DNA of 21,943 nt from an uncultured bacterium (GTDB lineage Bacteria; JAJVIF01; JAPKYR01). The stretch lies in assembly GCA_965369865.1 (NCBI GenBank), contig CBDURU010000055.1, positions 1 through 21,943 of the forward strand, written 5' to 3'. A model generated the notes under the pieces. That model searched no databases, had not been told where the DNA came from, and saw only the letters and a program-made list of their open reading frames with translations. Numbering within the stretch: the stretch's first letter is position 1; each line of letters opens with the position of its first letter. The translations under genes and the position numbers were made by a program. Shown here one piece after another: positions 1 through 8,265 of this stretch.

Positions 1-2804
1 TTAAAAAAGAAATTGAAAATATCATTTCGGCAAGGGATGAGGCTGTTGGGAATTTCCAGGAGGCGAAAACAAATCTTGAAAATGCCCGGGCTGAAAATGC
101 CGAAACCCTCCAGGAAAGCGAAAAAGGCCGTCGAGATCTGGACCATGCAGTCGCTGAGGAACGAAGGCTTACCGACGCGAACAAGCATATATCAACTTTG
201 ATAGGCACCCTGGAAAATGAATTAGCCGAGCGCGATAACCGTGTCGGGGAGCTGAATAAACGCCTGGCTGAGCTTGAGGAAACCATAGAGAATGCCGTTA
301 CCGAGTTCGTTGAGCACCACCGGCGTCGGATGGATCTCGATATTTATCTCTCCCGGAAATGGGGCGACACGCGATGTTACGAAAGGGAGAGGGAACGTCT
401 CGCGGGCAGGGTTGAACGTCTGCAGGGCGAAGGTTCATTGTTTGCAAGGGATGCTGAGTTCCATACCCGCCGTGCTGAATCCTATGAAAGCGAAATAGGG
501 GAGCTTCTGGATAAAAAAGTAAATCTCGAAGACGAGAAGGTAAAACTCGAAACAAGCGTAGCGGATATCCGGAAAGAGTATGACCGATTGAAGAATCTGG
601 AATTTAACCAGGGCAAGGCAATTAATGAAATAAGCGGGAAGCTTCAGAACCTGGGTACAGAACATTCAAAGGCAATTGATAAACAGAGGGATATCGAATC
701 TGAAATCAAGGCCCTCGATAACGAGCGAATAATTCTTGAGGAGCTTGAAGCCGCGAAAGAGGGCTATGGGGAAGGCACAAGGGCGGTTTTGGAAAATCGT
801 GGGAGTTTCCCCGGTTTGAGGGGAACGCTCGGCGAATTGATCGATGTCAAACCGGGCCGGGAAACCGCGATAGAGTGTGTGCTCGGGGAATCAATTCAGT
901 ATCTCGTAATTGATACTCTTGACCAGGCGCTGGAAATAATTGCAAAAGTGAAATCGGATCGATTGGGGTCGGTAACCTGCATCGTACGCGATCTCGTGCC
1001 AGAATATTCCGATGAGGGTAACCCGGCAGACTTGATCAATTTCTGCCGGATCGACAACGAACTAAAACCGGTGCTCGGATTACTTCTTTCGGGAGCGACA
1101 GAAATTCAGAATGCGGTCGAAATTCAAAATTCCGGTTTATCTAAAGTGCTTGTCAGTTCAGACGGGATATTATTTCGACCACCCGCGTATGTATCCGGTG
1201 GTACGGGTAAATCGGCGGCACAGGGAATCCTGACACGCCGCGCACGTCTCCAGGAAATCGAAGTCGAGTTGAATCGACTGAACCCGGAGCAGGTAGAAAT
1301 TAAAGGCGAACTTTCCAACCTCGAACAATCGATATCATCGGAACAAAGTATCCTGGCGGACTTGAAATCTAAACTAGAAACCACTGAAGAGGAAATCCGT
1401 ACGAATATAACCATTGGCGAACAGACGGTTCAAAAAATCGAACAGTCTGAGGTTAACCTTACTGAAATCAAAGGTCGAATGGGTGATTTAGAATCTGAGA
1501 GGGATGGATGCCTGGAGAACGCGAGGCTTGCGTCGCAGGGAATCGAGGTAGTAAAACGCGCGCGGAACGAAGCCGAAATTTCACTTGGTAAAATCGAGAG
1601 TAAAATCCCGTCGCTCCGGGCCATGGTCGATGATCTTCGATCAAGGCTACAGCGTGCGGTTGTTTTGGAGGCGAGTTACAGGGAGGAAGCCGAACGGGCG
1701 GGAAAGGAATCCCGGAGAATCAGTGAGGAACTTGGTAACTTGAGTAAAATGTCGGGAGAGAAGAAACAGCGTCTTGATGACGTTCGCGGTGAGGCACTGG
1801 GAACGTCGGATGAACTCGATCGTGCCATAAAACTCAGAAATGAACTCGGTAAGGAACTTCCCGAGCTTGAACGTAAGGAAAAAGAAGCCCGTGACAATAT
1901 CAAAAAGTTACTGGAGATCGTAACTGAAGCCGAACAAAAAGTTGAGGATTCGAGAGAGAGTGTTACTACGGCCGAAAATGCGTTACATAATCAGGAAGTA
2001 CGCTTAGCGGAACTGTCCGGCGGACTCCGGTCACTGGAAAGGTCTCTTGAAGAATATCCTGAATTCGCGGAACGCGTACGGAAAGGCGAGATGGGCGGGA
2101 AGGGTATCCCGAGCAAAAAGGAGCTTAATGAGAAATTACAGGGATTATTAGAGGAGCTTGAGACCCTTGGCGCCGTGAATCCTCTTGCCATCGAGGAGGA
2201 GAAGGCCGCGCGGACCCGTATGGAAGAATTGCAGAAAGAGCGTGAAGACCTGATCCTTGCTGAAGGGGAACTGAGAAAAGCACTGGAGGAAGTTGAGGAG
2301 CAGAGCGAAAAAGCGTTTGTTACGACATTCAAACTGGCCCAGGAAAAATTTTCCGAAACATTTGAATCGCTCTTCCCTGGCGGGACAGGTGAATTAAGCC
2401 TTACGGATCCCACCGACCCGCTGGAGAGCGGAATCGAAGTGCGGATTAAATTCCCGGGGAAGGGCGAACTGGACCTGCTCCAATTATCCGGTGGAGAACG
2501 CGCCCTGATTGCCCTCGCGCTCCTGTTTGCGATCCTGAAAGTGAAACCTTCGAGTTTTACGGTACTTGACGAGGTCGAAGCGGCTCTCGATGATATCAAC
2601 ACGCAGAAATTCCTGGACTACCTCCAGAAGGAATTCGTCGGCACACAATTCATTTTGATCACGCACAACAAGATCACGATGGAACGCGCCGACCGCCTGT
2701 ACGGCGTGACAATGCACAGCGGTGGAATATCCCAGGTTGTCAGTGTCGATTTCAAGAGCCTTAAGGAAAAGGAAGTCGATGAATTATTAGGCGTAGCGAG
2801 CTAG
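1..2804 (+). CDS. smc: Chromosome segregation protein SMC (5' end outside window)
   Basis: The frame is open from position 3 (KKEIENIISARDE...), so the TTG at 198 is not the true start. Long coiled coils flank a hinge (GLRGTLGELIDV...SDGILFRPPAYVSGG). The C-terminal ABC head has LGAVN, signature LSGGE, Walker B/D-loop FTVLDEVEAALD and H-loop ITH. Lies directly upstream of ftsY. Confidence 0.97.
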   Translation, partial: KKEIENIISARDEAVGNFQEAKTNLENARAENAETLQESEKGRRDLDHAVAEERRLTDANKHISTLIGTLENELAERDNRVGELNKRLAELEETIENAVTEFVEHHRRRMDLDIYLSRKWGDTRCYERERERLAGRVERLQGEGSLFARDAEFHTRRAESYESEIGELLDKKVNLEDEKVKLETSVADIRKEYDRLKNLEFNQGKAINEISGKLQNLGTEHSKAIDKQRDIESEIKALDNERIILEELEAAKEGYGEGTRAVLENRGSFPGLRGTLGELIDVKPGRETAIECVLGESIQYLVIDTLDQALEIIAKVKSDRLGSVTCIVRDLVPEYSDEGNPADLINFCRIDNELKPVLGLLLSGATEIQNAVEIQNSGLSKVLVSSDGILFRPPAYVSGGTGKSAAQGILTRRARLQEIEVELNRLNPEQVEIKGELSNLEQSISSEQSILADLKSKLETTEEEIRTNITIGEQTVQKIEQSEVNLTEIKGRMGDLESERDGCLENARLASQGIEVVKRARNEAEISLGKIESKIPSLRAMVDDLRSRLQRAVVLEASYREEAERAGKESRRISEELGNLSKMSGEKKQRLDDVRGEALGTSDELDRAIKLRNELGKELPELERKEKEARDNIKKLLEIVTEAEQKVEDSRESVTTAENALHNQEVRLAELSGGLRSLERSLEEYPEFAERVRKGEMGGKGIPSKKELNEKLQGLLEELETLGAVNPLAIEEEKAARTRMEELQKEREDLILAEGELRKALEEVEEQSEKAFVTTFKLAQEKFSETFESLFPGGTGELSLTDPTDPLESGIEVRIKFPGKGELDLLQLSGGERALIALALLFAILKVKPSSFTVLDEVEAALDDINTQKFLDYLQKEFVGTQFILITHNKITMERADRLYGVTMHSGGISQVVSVDFKSLKEKEVDELLGVAS

Positions 2805-2844
2805 GAATATTTCAGTGTCTTAAACAGCTCATGTAAGATAATAA

Positions 2845-2876
2845 ATAACAGAGCCCCGACCGTAAGGGAGTGCTCA
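2845..2876. repeat. 32-bp hairpin (REP-like) repeat, copy 1
   Basis: ATAACAGAGCCCCGACCGTAAGGGAGTGCTCA; 3 differences from the copy at 4040-4071. Imperfect stem with a CC-GTAA-GG tip. Confidence 0.9.
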
Positions 2877-2883
2877 TAATTTC

Positions 2884-4005
2884 ATGTCAGACGATCAACC
2901 GAAAAAAAAAGGCTGGTTTCAAAAATTCGCCGACGTCATGACCACCGACGTCACCAAGCTCCACCAGCTTAAGGATGAGTGGGAGGAGGAACCAGGGATT
3001 CCGGACGAACAACCCGAGACCCGTGAAACCCTTCTTCAGAAATTATCCGGCGGATTGAAACAAACGCGCGAAAAGGTTTCGGTCAGGATTCACACGATCG
3101 CGGCCGCGAGACGTGGGGTCGATGATAAATTCTACGATGAAATTCTTGAGGTCCTGATTGAGACCGACATGGGACTGGATGTCGCTGAAGGTGTAGTCCG
3201 GATGCTCAGGCGAGAGGTCGGTGTGAGGGGCGCGGAGGATACGGCCGAAGCATGCGACCTCCTGGTCGAAGTAATAGGGCGGACATTATCATCTCCCGTA
3301 AAAACCTTTTCACCTTTCGTAACTGAAGAAAACGACATTAAAAAACCGGCTGTACTCCTGTTGACGGGTGTAAACGGGAGCGGTAAAACCACGGTATGCG
3401 GGAAATTGTCGAGACGATACAAGCTCCACGATCAAAAGGTTCTCCTGGTGGCAGCAGATACATTCAGGGCTGCCGCGATCGATCAGCTCAAAATCTGGGC
3501 TGAACGCGCCGAGGTCGATTTCCAGGGAGCAATGGAAGGGGCAGATCCATCGAGCGTGGTTTATGACGGACTCGCGCGTGCGAGTGCGGAAGGACATGAC
3601 TTTGTTATAATAGATACAGCCGGGCGTCTTCAAAACAAGGTTAATTTGATGAATGAGCTTGGGAAGATCCGTCGTACTGTGGATAAGCATGTCGATCCTG
3701 AATCCGTTCAAAGCCTGCTGGTTGTGGATGCAACAACCGGGCAGAACGCCATCGCTCAGGCACAGATTTTTGGTGAAGTCGCGAAACTGGACGGGATTAT
3801 CCTTGCCAAGCTCGATGGTACCGCGCGCGGTGGAATTGTACTTGCAATCAAGCAGCGCCTGGAGCTTCCGGTGGTAGAAGTAGGTGTTGGCGAAGGAATT
3901 AACGATCTTGTGCCATTTGATGCAGCCGTTTACTCCAGGAGCCTTCTTGGCGCACTGGCGGATGACGACATCGACTGGCGTGCAAAAATCGGTGTAATAG
4001 ATTAA
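2884..4005 (+). CDS. ftsY: Signal recognition particle receptor FtsY
   Basis: GVNGSGKTT, DTFRAAA, DTAGRLQNK, DATTGQNA, AKLDGTARGG and GVGE motifs. Short acidic N-terminal region with an amphipathic GWFQKF segment. Lies between smc and ffh. Confidence 0.97.
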   Translation: MSDDQPKKKGWFQKFADVMTTDVTKLHQLKDEWEEEPGIPDEQPETRETLLQKLSGGLKQTREKVSVRIHTIAAARRGVDDKFYDEILEVLIETDMGLDVAEGVVRMLRREVGVRGAEDTAEACDLLVEVIGRTLSSPVKTFSPFVTEENDIKKPAVLLLTGVNGSGKTTVCGKLSRRYKLHDQKVLLVAADTFRAAAIDQLKIWAERAEVDFQGAMEGADPSSVVYDGLARASAEGHDFVIIDTAGRLQNKVNLMNELGKIRRTVDKHVDPESVQSLLVVDATTGQNAIAQAQIFGEVAKLDGIILAKLDGTARGGIVLAIKQRLELPVVEVGVGEGINDLVPFDAAVYSRSLLGALADDDIDWRAKIGVID

Positions 4006-4020
4006 TATACCTGTTCTAAC

Positions 4021-4026
4021 TATAAT
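4021..4026 (+). promoter_or_regulatory. Possible sigma70-type -10 box for the ORF4127-ffh unit
   Basis: Perfect TATAAT 15 nt after the ftsY stop. Only a weak -35 (TAGATT) at 17-bp spacing. Confidence 0.4.
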
Positions 4027-4039
4027 ACAATACCAGTTC

Positions 4040-4071
4040 ATAACAGAGGCACGACCGTCAGGGAGTGCTCA
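4040..4071. repeat. 32-bp hairpin (REP-like) repeat, copy 2
   Basis: ATAACAGAGGCACGACCGTCAGGGAGTGCTCA; stem GCAC/GTGC around GA-CC-GTCA-GG-GA. Confidence 0.9.
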
Positions 4072-4078
4072 ATAACAA

Positions 4079-4110
4079 ATAACAGTAGCACGACCGTCAG
4101 GGAGTGCTCA
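4079..4110. repeat. 32-bp hairpin (REP-like) repeat, copy 3
   Basis: ATAACAGTAGCACGACCGTCAGGGAGTGCTCA; 2 differences from copy 2, tandem at a 39-bp period; stem AGCAC/GTGCT. Confidence 0.9.
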
Positions 4111-4126
4111 GATCCGAGGATTTACC

Positions 4127-4429
4127 ATGCTGGGTTCAGAAATAATCAAAATTATCGGGGTCGACCAGATCCACTGCTCATTAAGTAAAATTATGATCAC
4201 CCTCGAACCCGACCACGACTACACCATCATCCGTGGTACCGAAAATCACCCTAGGGTCATATCGGACGACCAGGTCAGGCTGATCGAAGCCGGAGTGTTC
4301 CAAAGGCTTCGATTAGAAGGAAAGGTAGTAATCAGCGATATAGAATGGACTACCGGCCATCATGCTTTCGAGGGTGAAATCGAACCGAAATTGTCACCTA
4401 AGAGAGACAAGCTGTATTTCATCAGATAA
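4127..4429 (+). CDS. Hypothetical protein (100 aa)
   Basis: GAGGA Shine-Dalgarno 6 nt before the ATG. The stop ends 2 nt before the ffh ATG and the ORF fills the ftsY-ffh gap. No family recognised. Confidence 0.75.
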   Translation: MLGSEIIKIIGVDQIHCSLSKIMITLEPDHDYTIIRGTENHPRVISDDQVRLIEAGVFQRLRLEGKVVISDIEWTTGHHAFEGEIEPKLSPKRDKLYFIR

Positions 4430-4431
4430 TT

Positions 4432-5772
4432 ATGTTCGATCGACTTACACAGACGCTTCAAAACGCTTTTAAAAAACTTCGCGGCAAGGGAATCCTCACC
4501 GAAAAACATGTCGATGAGGGACTGAGGGAAATCCGTCGCGCGTTACTCGATGCCGATGTAAATTTCAAGGTCGCGCGGAAATTCACAGACCGGATTCGTG
4601 AGCGTGCTATCGGTGAGGATGTGATGAAATCCCTCACGCCTGGACAGCAGATCGTGAAAATTGTCCGGGATGAGCTAGTTGTACTGCTTGGCGGAACCGC
4701 AGTAGAAGCGAATATCGAAAAGGACAGGATGAACAAGGTCCTTTTGCTGGGTCTCCAGGGTTCGGGTAAAACCACCGCATGCGCGAAACTGGCGCTGAAG
4801 TACTCGAAGGAAGGATATCGTCCGCTTCTCGTAGCGCTGGACGTCTACCGTCCGGCCGCGATTAAACAACTGGAAGTTGTAGGCAGGCAGGCCGGGGTCG
4901 ATGTATTCACAATCGAGGATGGGGCAAAACCACTTGAAATCATGCGGAAAGCCCACCAGCATGCGGTCGACAAGGGTTATTCGCTGGTGATTTACGATAC
5001 TGCCGGGCGCACTACGGTCGATGATGAAATGATGTCCGAGGTGATCGGGCTTAGAAACGAGCTTGAGTTCGAGGATGTCCTCCTGGTCATCGACTCCATG
5101 ACCGGCCAGGATGCGGTCACAACCGCCGGAAAATTCAATGAATCGGTCGGTATTACAGGATGTATTCTCACAAAGCTCGATGGTGACGCGAGGGGTGGAG
5201 CGGCCCTGTCTGTACGGGATGTTACCGGGGTGCCGATAATTTTCGCTTCGGTTGGCGAAGGGCTGAAGGCGCTTGAAGCGTTCCATCCGGATCGGATGGC
5301 GGGACGAATCCTCGGGATGGGTGATGTCCTTACCCTGATTGAGAAGGCAGAAGAGGAATTTGATGAGAGGGAAGCGTTAAAGCTTCAGCAGAAAATCATG
5401 GGGGACAGTTTCAATTTCGAGGATTTCCTGGCGCAGTTGAAGCAGGTCCAGAAAATGGGGTCCCTTGAGCAGATCGCTAAAATGATCCCTGGAATGGGCG
5501 GGGTGGCGAAGCAGCTTGAGACTACCGATCCGAAGGAGTTCGCGAGGATCGAGGCTATGATTTTATCGATGACGCCTGGCGAGAGGCAGAAACCCGGGAT
5601 TATTAATAATTCCCGCAGGAGGAGGATCGCAAAGGGGTCGGGAATGAAGCACCAGGATGTTGGGCGTCTTCTGAACCAGTTCAGGGAGGCGAAGAAGATG
5701 ATGAAGCAACTGGCAAAAATGGGCGGGATGGTTCCGAAAGGCGCCCTTGGCAGAATGATGGGACAACGGTAG
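4432..5772 (+). CDS. ffh: Signal recognition particle protein Ffh (SRP54)
   Basis: ALLDADVN, GLQGSGKTT, DVYRPAA, DTAGR, TKLDGDARGGAALS and FHPDRMAGRILGMGD motifs; Met-rich M domain with SMT...SRRRRIAKGSG. Confidence 0.99.
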   Translation: MFDRLTQTLQNAFKKLRGKGILTEKHVDEGLREIRRALLDADVNFKVARKFTDRIRERAIGEDVMKSLTPGQQIVKIVRDELVVLLGGTAVEANIEKDRMNKVLLLGLQGSGKTTACAKLALKYSKEGYRPLLVALDVYRPAAIKQLEVVGRQAGVDVFTIEDGAKPLEIMRKAHQHAVDKGYSLVIYDTAGRTTVDDEMMSEVIGLRNELEFEDVLLVIDSMTGQDAVTTAGKFNESVGITGCILTKLDGDARGGAALSVRDVTGVPIIFASVGEGLKALEAFHPDRMAGRILGMGDVLTLIEKAEEEFDEREALKLQQKIMGDSFNFEDFLAQLKQVQKMGSLEQIAKMIPGMGGVAKQLETTDPKEFARIEAMILSMTPGERQKPGIINNSRRRRIAKGSGMKHQDVGRLLNQFREAKKMMKQLAKMGGMVPKGALGRMMGQR

Positions 5773-5814
5773 TGGAGAATTTCTTTAGTCCGGGTAATGT
5801 AAATCGATCGAATT

Positions 5815-5823
5815 TGTTATAAT
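5815..5823 (+). promoter_or_regulatory. Extended -10 promoter (TGnTATAAT)
   Basis: Perfect TG-T-TATAAT in the ffh-ORF5840 gap, with a second overlapping TATAAT at 5823-5828. Ends 16 nt before the ATG at 5840. Confidence 0.6.
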
Positions 5824-5839
5824 ATAATCAGGGAATACA

Positions 5840-6172
5840 ATGAAACCAGAAGATAAAAGACCTGTAATCAAGCCATTGAACGAGGAAGATTTAATCACTA
5901 GCGGTGAGGGGGTCACCGATCCTGCATCTAATTCGGTCGAATTTTTCAAGAAGCTCGATACCGACCAGCAGGATGAAATTCTCCGGATGATACTAACCGA
6001 TGGAGGACTGGGCAGGCTGATGTCAGTGATCCAGGATGTAACGACGCCGGGCGCGTTCGATATTTTCCTCGACCAGGTGCAGTATTACCACTTTTTCCCG
6101 AGTGTCAGGGAAGATTCAACAAAGGAATTTCAAGGACCTTTGGATGAAACCCAAACGATCAACGGATTCTGA
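5840..6172 (+). CDS. Hypothetical small acidic helical protein; paralog of the next ORF
   Basis: ATG preceded by AGGGA and a strong promoter motif. Its core aligns by eye with the ORF at 6144-6368. Confidence 0.75.
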   Translation: MKPEDKRPVIKPLNEEDLITSGEGVTDPASNSVEFFKKLDTDQQDEILRMILTDGGLGRLMSVIQDVTTPGAFDIFLDQVQYYHFFPSVREDSTKEFQGPLDETQTINGF

Positions 6173-6368
6173 GAAGGTTTCCCAGATTCACGAGCTTTAC
6201 TCCAGCCTGTCGGAGGACGGGAAGGAAGTGTTTGTACAGGAGATTCTTAATGATGAGGAATTAATGGCGCGCCTTCTTCAGAGCCTTCTTGAGATAAACG
6301 AGGATTCGCAGGATGCATTTGAGGGCCAACAGACTTTTGTGAATTTCCTTCGCAAAGTCAAGGAGTGA
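6144..6368 (+). CDS. Hypothetical small acidic helical protein (74 aa); paralog of the preceding ORF
   Basis: I prefer the ATG at 6144 (AAGGA SD 7 nt upstream) over the GTG at 6102. Overlaps the previous ORF by 29 nt; both proteins begin MKP. Confidence 0.75.
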   Translation: MKPKRSTDSEKVSQIHELYSSLSEDGKEVFVQEILNDEELMARLLQSLLEINEDSQDAFEGQQTFVNFLRKVKE

Positions 6369-6393
6369 CAGCGAATATCAAACCGGTTGGTTC

Positions 6394-7053
6394 ATGTTAT
6401 ACCCCCGAATTATCAGATGGCTAGCAAAACTTCCACCCCCATTTGCACTGGGACTGTTATGGTGGAGTGAAATTACTGCTGTAATGTGTTCGCTGGCAGG
6501 CGGGTATCTCTTGTCAATCTGGCTTTTCAGTAACCTGCGTCCATCATTCCAGCAATGGCTGTTTGTGCTGGCCCTACTGACGTATTTCCTGGTTTTTTAT
6601 ATACTACATTTCGCGTTCAGCAGGAACTCACAGATGATGGAGAGCCTGATCCACATTCACAGGCATGGAGGCCTTGAGCACCTTGAATTCGTGCTCGGAC
6701 GCGAAAAAAGGTCCGAGGATGGAAACGGAAGTTGTGAAGATCAAGGGGGTAAAGAGGCAAATTACGATCCTCTTGAACCCCCGATGAAAATCAGGGCATC
6801 GGCGGGATCTTTCAAAATCCGCTATTTCATTATGTTACCAACCATGCTGGTCTTGTATTTACTCGCCTTCACGAGTACAATTTATAATCTTTTCGCACGT
6901 CAGATACAGACCTGGGACCCAGGTATGCTGGTGTTGCTTACGTTTGCTGCAGCGATTGTAAGTTTGCTATGCTTCTGGCAGCTTATGCCCGTTCTCCCAG
7001 GTTATGTAAGTGTGCGCAAACTCATCGGATTTCAGAAGGTGACAGGAGAATAA
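6394..7053 (+). CDS. Hypothetical integral membrane protein (~4 TM)
   Basis: Two pairs of hydrophobic segments separated by a polar loop containing HIHRHGGLEH. The stop lies 3 nt before the next ATG. Confidence 0.75.
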   Translation: MLYPRIIRWLAKLPPPFALGLLWWSEITAVMCSLAGGYLLSIWLFSNLRPSFQQWLFVLALLTYFLVFYILHFAFSRNSQMMESLIHIHRHGGLEHLEFVLGREKRSEDGNGSCEDQGGKEANYDPLEPPMKIRASAGSFKIRYFIMLPTMLVLYLLAFTSTIYNLFARQIQTWDPGMLVLLTFAAAIVSLLCFWQLMPVLPGYVSVRKLIGFQKVTGE

Positions 7054-7056
7054 AGA

Positions 7057-8265
7057 ATGGACTTTTCTCTGACTGAAGAACAAATAGCAATTAGGGAAAC
7101 GGCCAGGCAAATCACAGAGGACCTGGTAATTCCAAACGCCGCTCGTTTCGACCTCGAACGCGAACATCCTGCAGAAATAGTTAAAGCCCTTGGTAAACTC
7201 GGTATGATGGCCCCGATCTGCCCCGAAGAATATGGCGGACCCGGGCTAGGCTACCTTGAGTACGCCATGATTGGCGAGCAGATTTCAAGGGGATGCTCGG
7301 GCGTAGGCACCGTCGTCGGCGCTCACTGCTCACTCGGTGTCGGCCCAATCATTGACTACGGAACCGAGGAGCAGAAGTTGAAATACCTTCCTGGCCTGAC
7401 CGATGGAACTTACATAGGCGCTTTCGGGCTTACGGAGCCCGATGCCGGATCGGACGCGAGCAATATCCGTGTTCTTGCTGAGGACAAAGGTGATTACTGG
7501 CTTATTAACGGTGAAAAGCAGTGGACAACCAACGGAGATATCGCCAAGACAGTCATTCTATTCGCGACAGTTAATCCGGACAGGGGTCTTATGGGGATCA
7601 CTCCGTTTATTATTGATACTGAATGGGAAGGTTTCTCGACCGGTGCGATTGAGAAAACGATGGGAATTCACGCGTCCCACCAGGTTGAAACCCGTTACCA
7701 TAACATAAAAGTCCCGAAAGATATGGTCCTCGGTGGTGAAAAGAACATCGGCAAGGGATTCCAGATAGCAATGGCGATTCTCGATGGAGCGCGTATTGGA
7801 GTTGGCGCGAGTTGTACTGGCATTATGACCAGGGCGATCGAGGAATCGGTAAGGTATGCAAAGGAAAGAGTTCAGTTCGGAAGACCAATCTCGAAATTCC
7901 AGGCTATCCAGTTTAAAATCGCTGATATGTCTATTAAAGCCAATGCCACCCGTTGGTTGACTTACTATGCGGCATGGCTGAAGGACCAGGGGCTTAAGGT
8001 TACACGCGAGGCTGCAATGGCGAAATGTTTTGGATCCGATGCCGCGATGTGGGTGGCTAATGAAGCGATTCAGATACACGGCGGGTACGGATATTCAATG
8101 GATTACCCGTGCGAGAAACTCCTCCGTGACGCAAAGATTCACCAGATTTACGAGGGCACGAATGAAATCATGCGTTCAGTGATCTCACGTGAGATTTACA
8201 AACGCGGATTGTTCATGGAGTTTGATGAGATAGAAAAAGCGGTGACCGCAGCACAATGCCAGTAA
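7057..8265 (+). CDS. Acyl-CoA dehydrogenase (short-chain/butyryl-CoA-like)
   Basis: PEEYGG, GAFGLTEPDAGSDA, LINGEKQWTTNG, RVQFGRPI, QIHGGYGY, and the catalytic Glu in IYEGTNEI. SD AGGAG. Confidence 0.96.
   Translation: MDFSLTEEQIAIRETARQITEDLVIPNAARFDLEREHPAEIVKALGKLGMMAPICPEEYGGPGLGYLEYAMIGEQISRGCSGVGTVVGAHCSLGVGPIIDYGTEEQKLKYLPGLTDGTYIGAFGLTEPDAGSDASNIRVLAEDKGDYWLINGEKQWTTNGDIAKTVILFATVNPDRGLMGITPFIIDTEWEGFSTGAIEKTMGIHASHQVETRYHNIKVPKDMVLGGEKNIGKGFQIAMAILDGARIGVGASCTGIMTRAIEESVRYAKERVQFGRPISKFQAIQFKIADMSIKANATRWLTYYAAWLKDQGLKVTREAAMAKCFGSDAAMWVANEAIQIHGGYGYSMDYPCEKLLRDAKIHQIYEGTNEIMRSVISREIYKRGLFMEFDEIEKAVTAAQCQ

Noticed and set aside
13..201. 62-aa ORF and an apparent smc start at 198
   Set aside because: The smc frame is open from position 3 with coiled-coil-like sequence. 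The 62-aa ORF is an off-frame overlap, and there is no frameshift.
4040..4110. Tandem 32-bp repeats as a CRISPR array
   Set aside because: Only 7 nt separate the two copies, the third copy is 1.2 kb away, and there are no cas genes in the window.
2845..4110. The hairpins as the SRP RNA gene (ffs) itself
   Set aside because: Too short, with no long 4.5S-type stem, and the conserved CAGG/AGCAG internal loop is absent.
5840..6368. Small overlapping gene pair as a toxin-antitoxin module
   Set aside because: The layout fits, but both proteins are acidic, appear paralogous, and show no toxin (RelE/PIN/MazF/HicA) or DNA-binding motifs.
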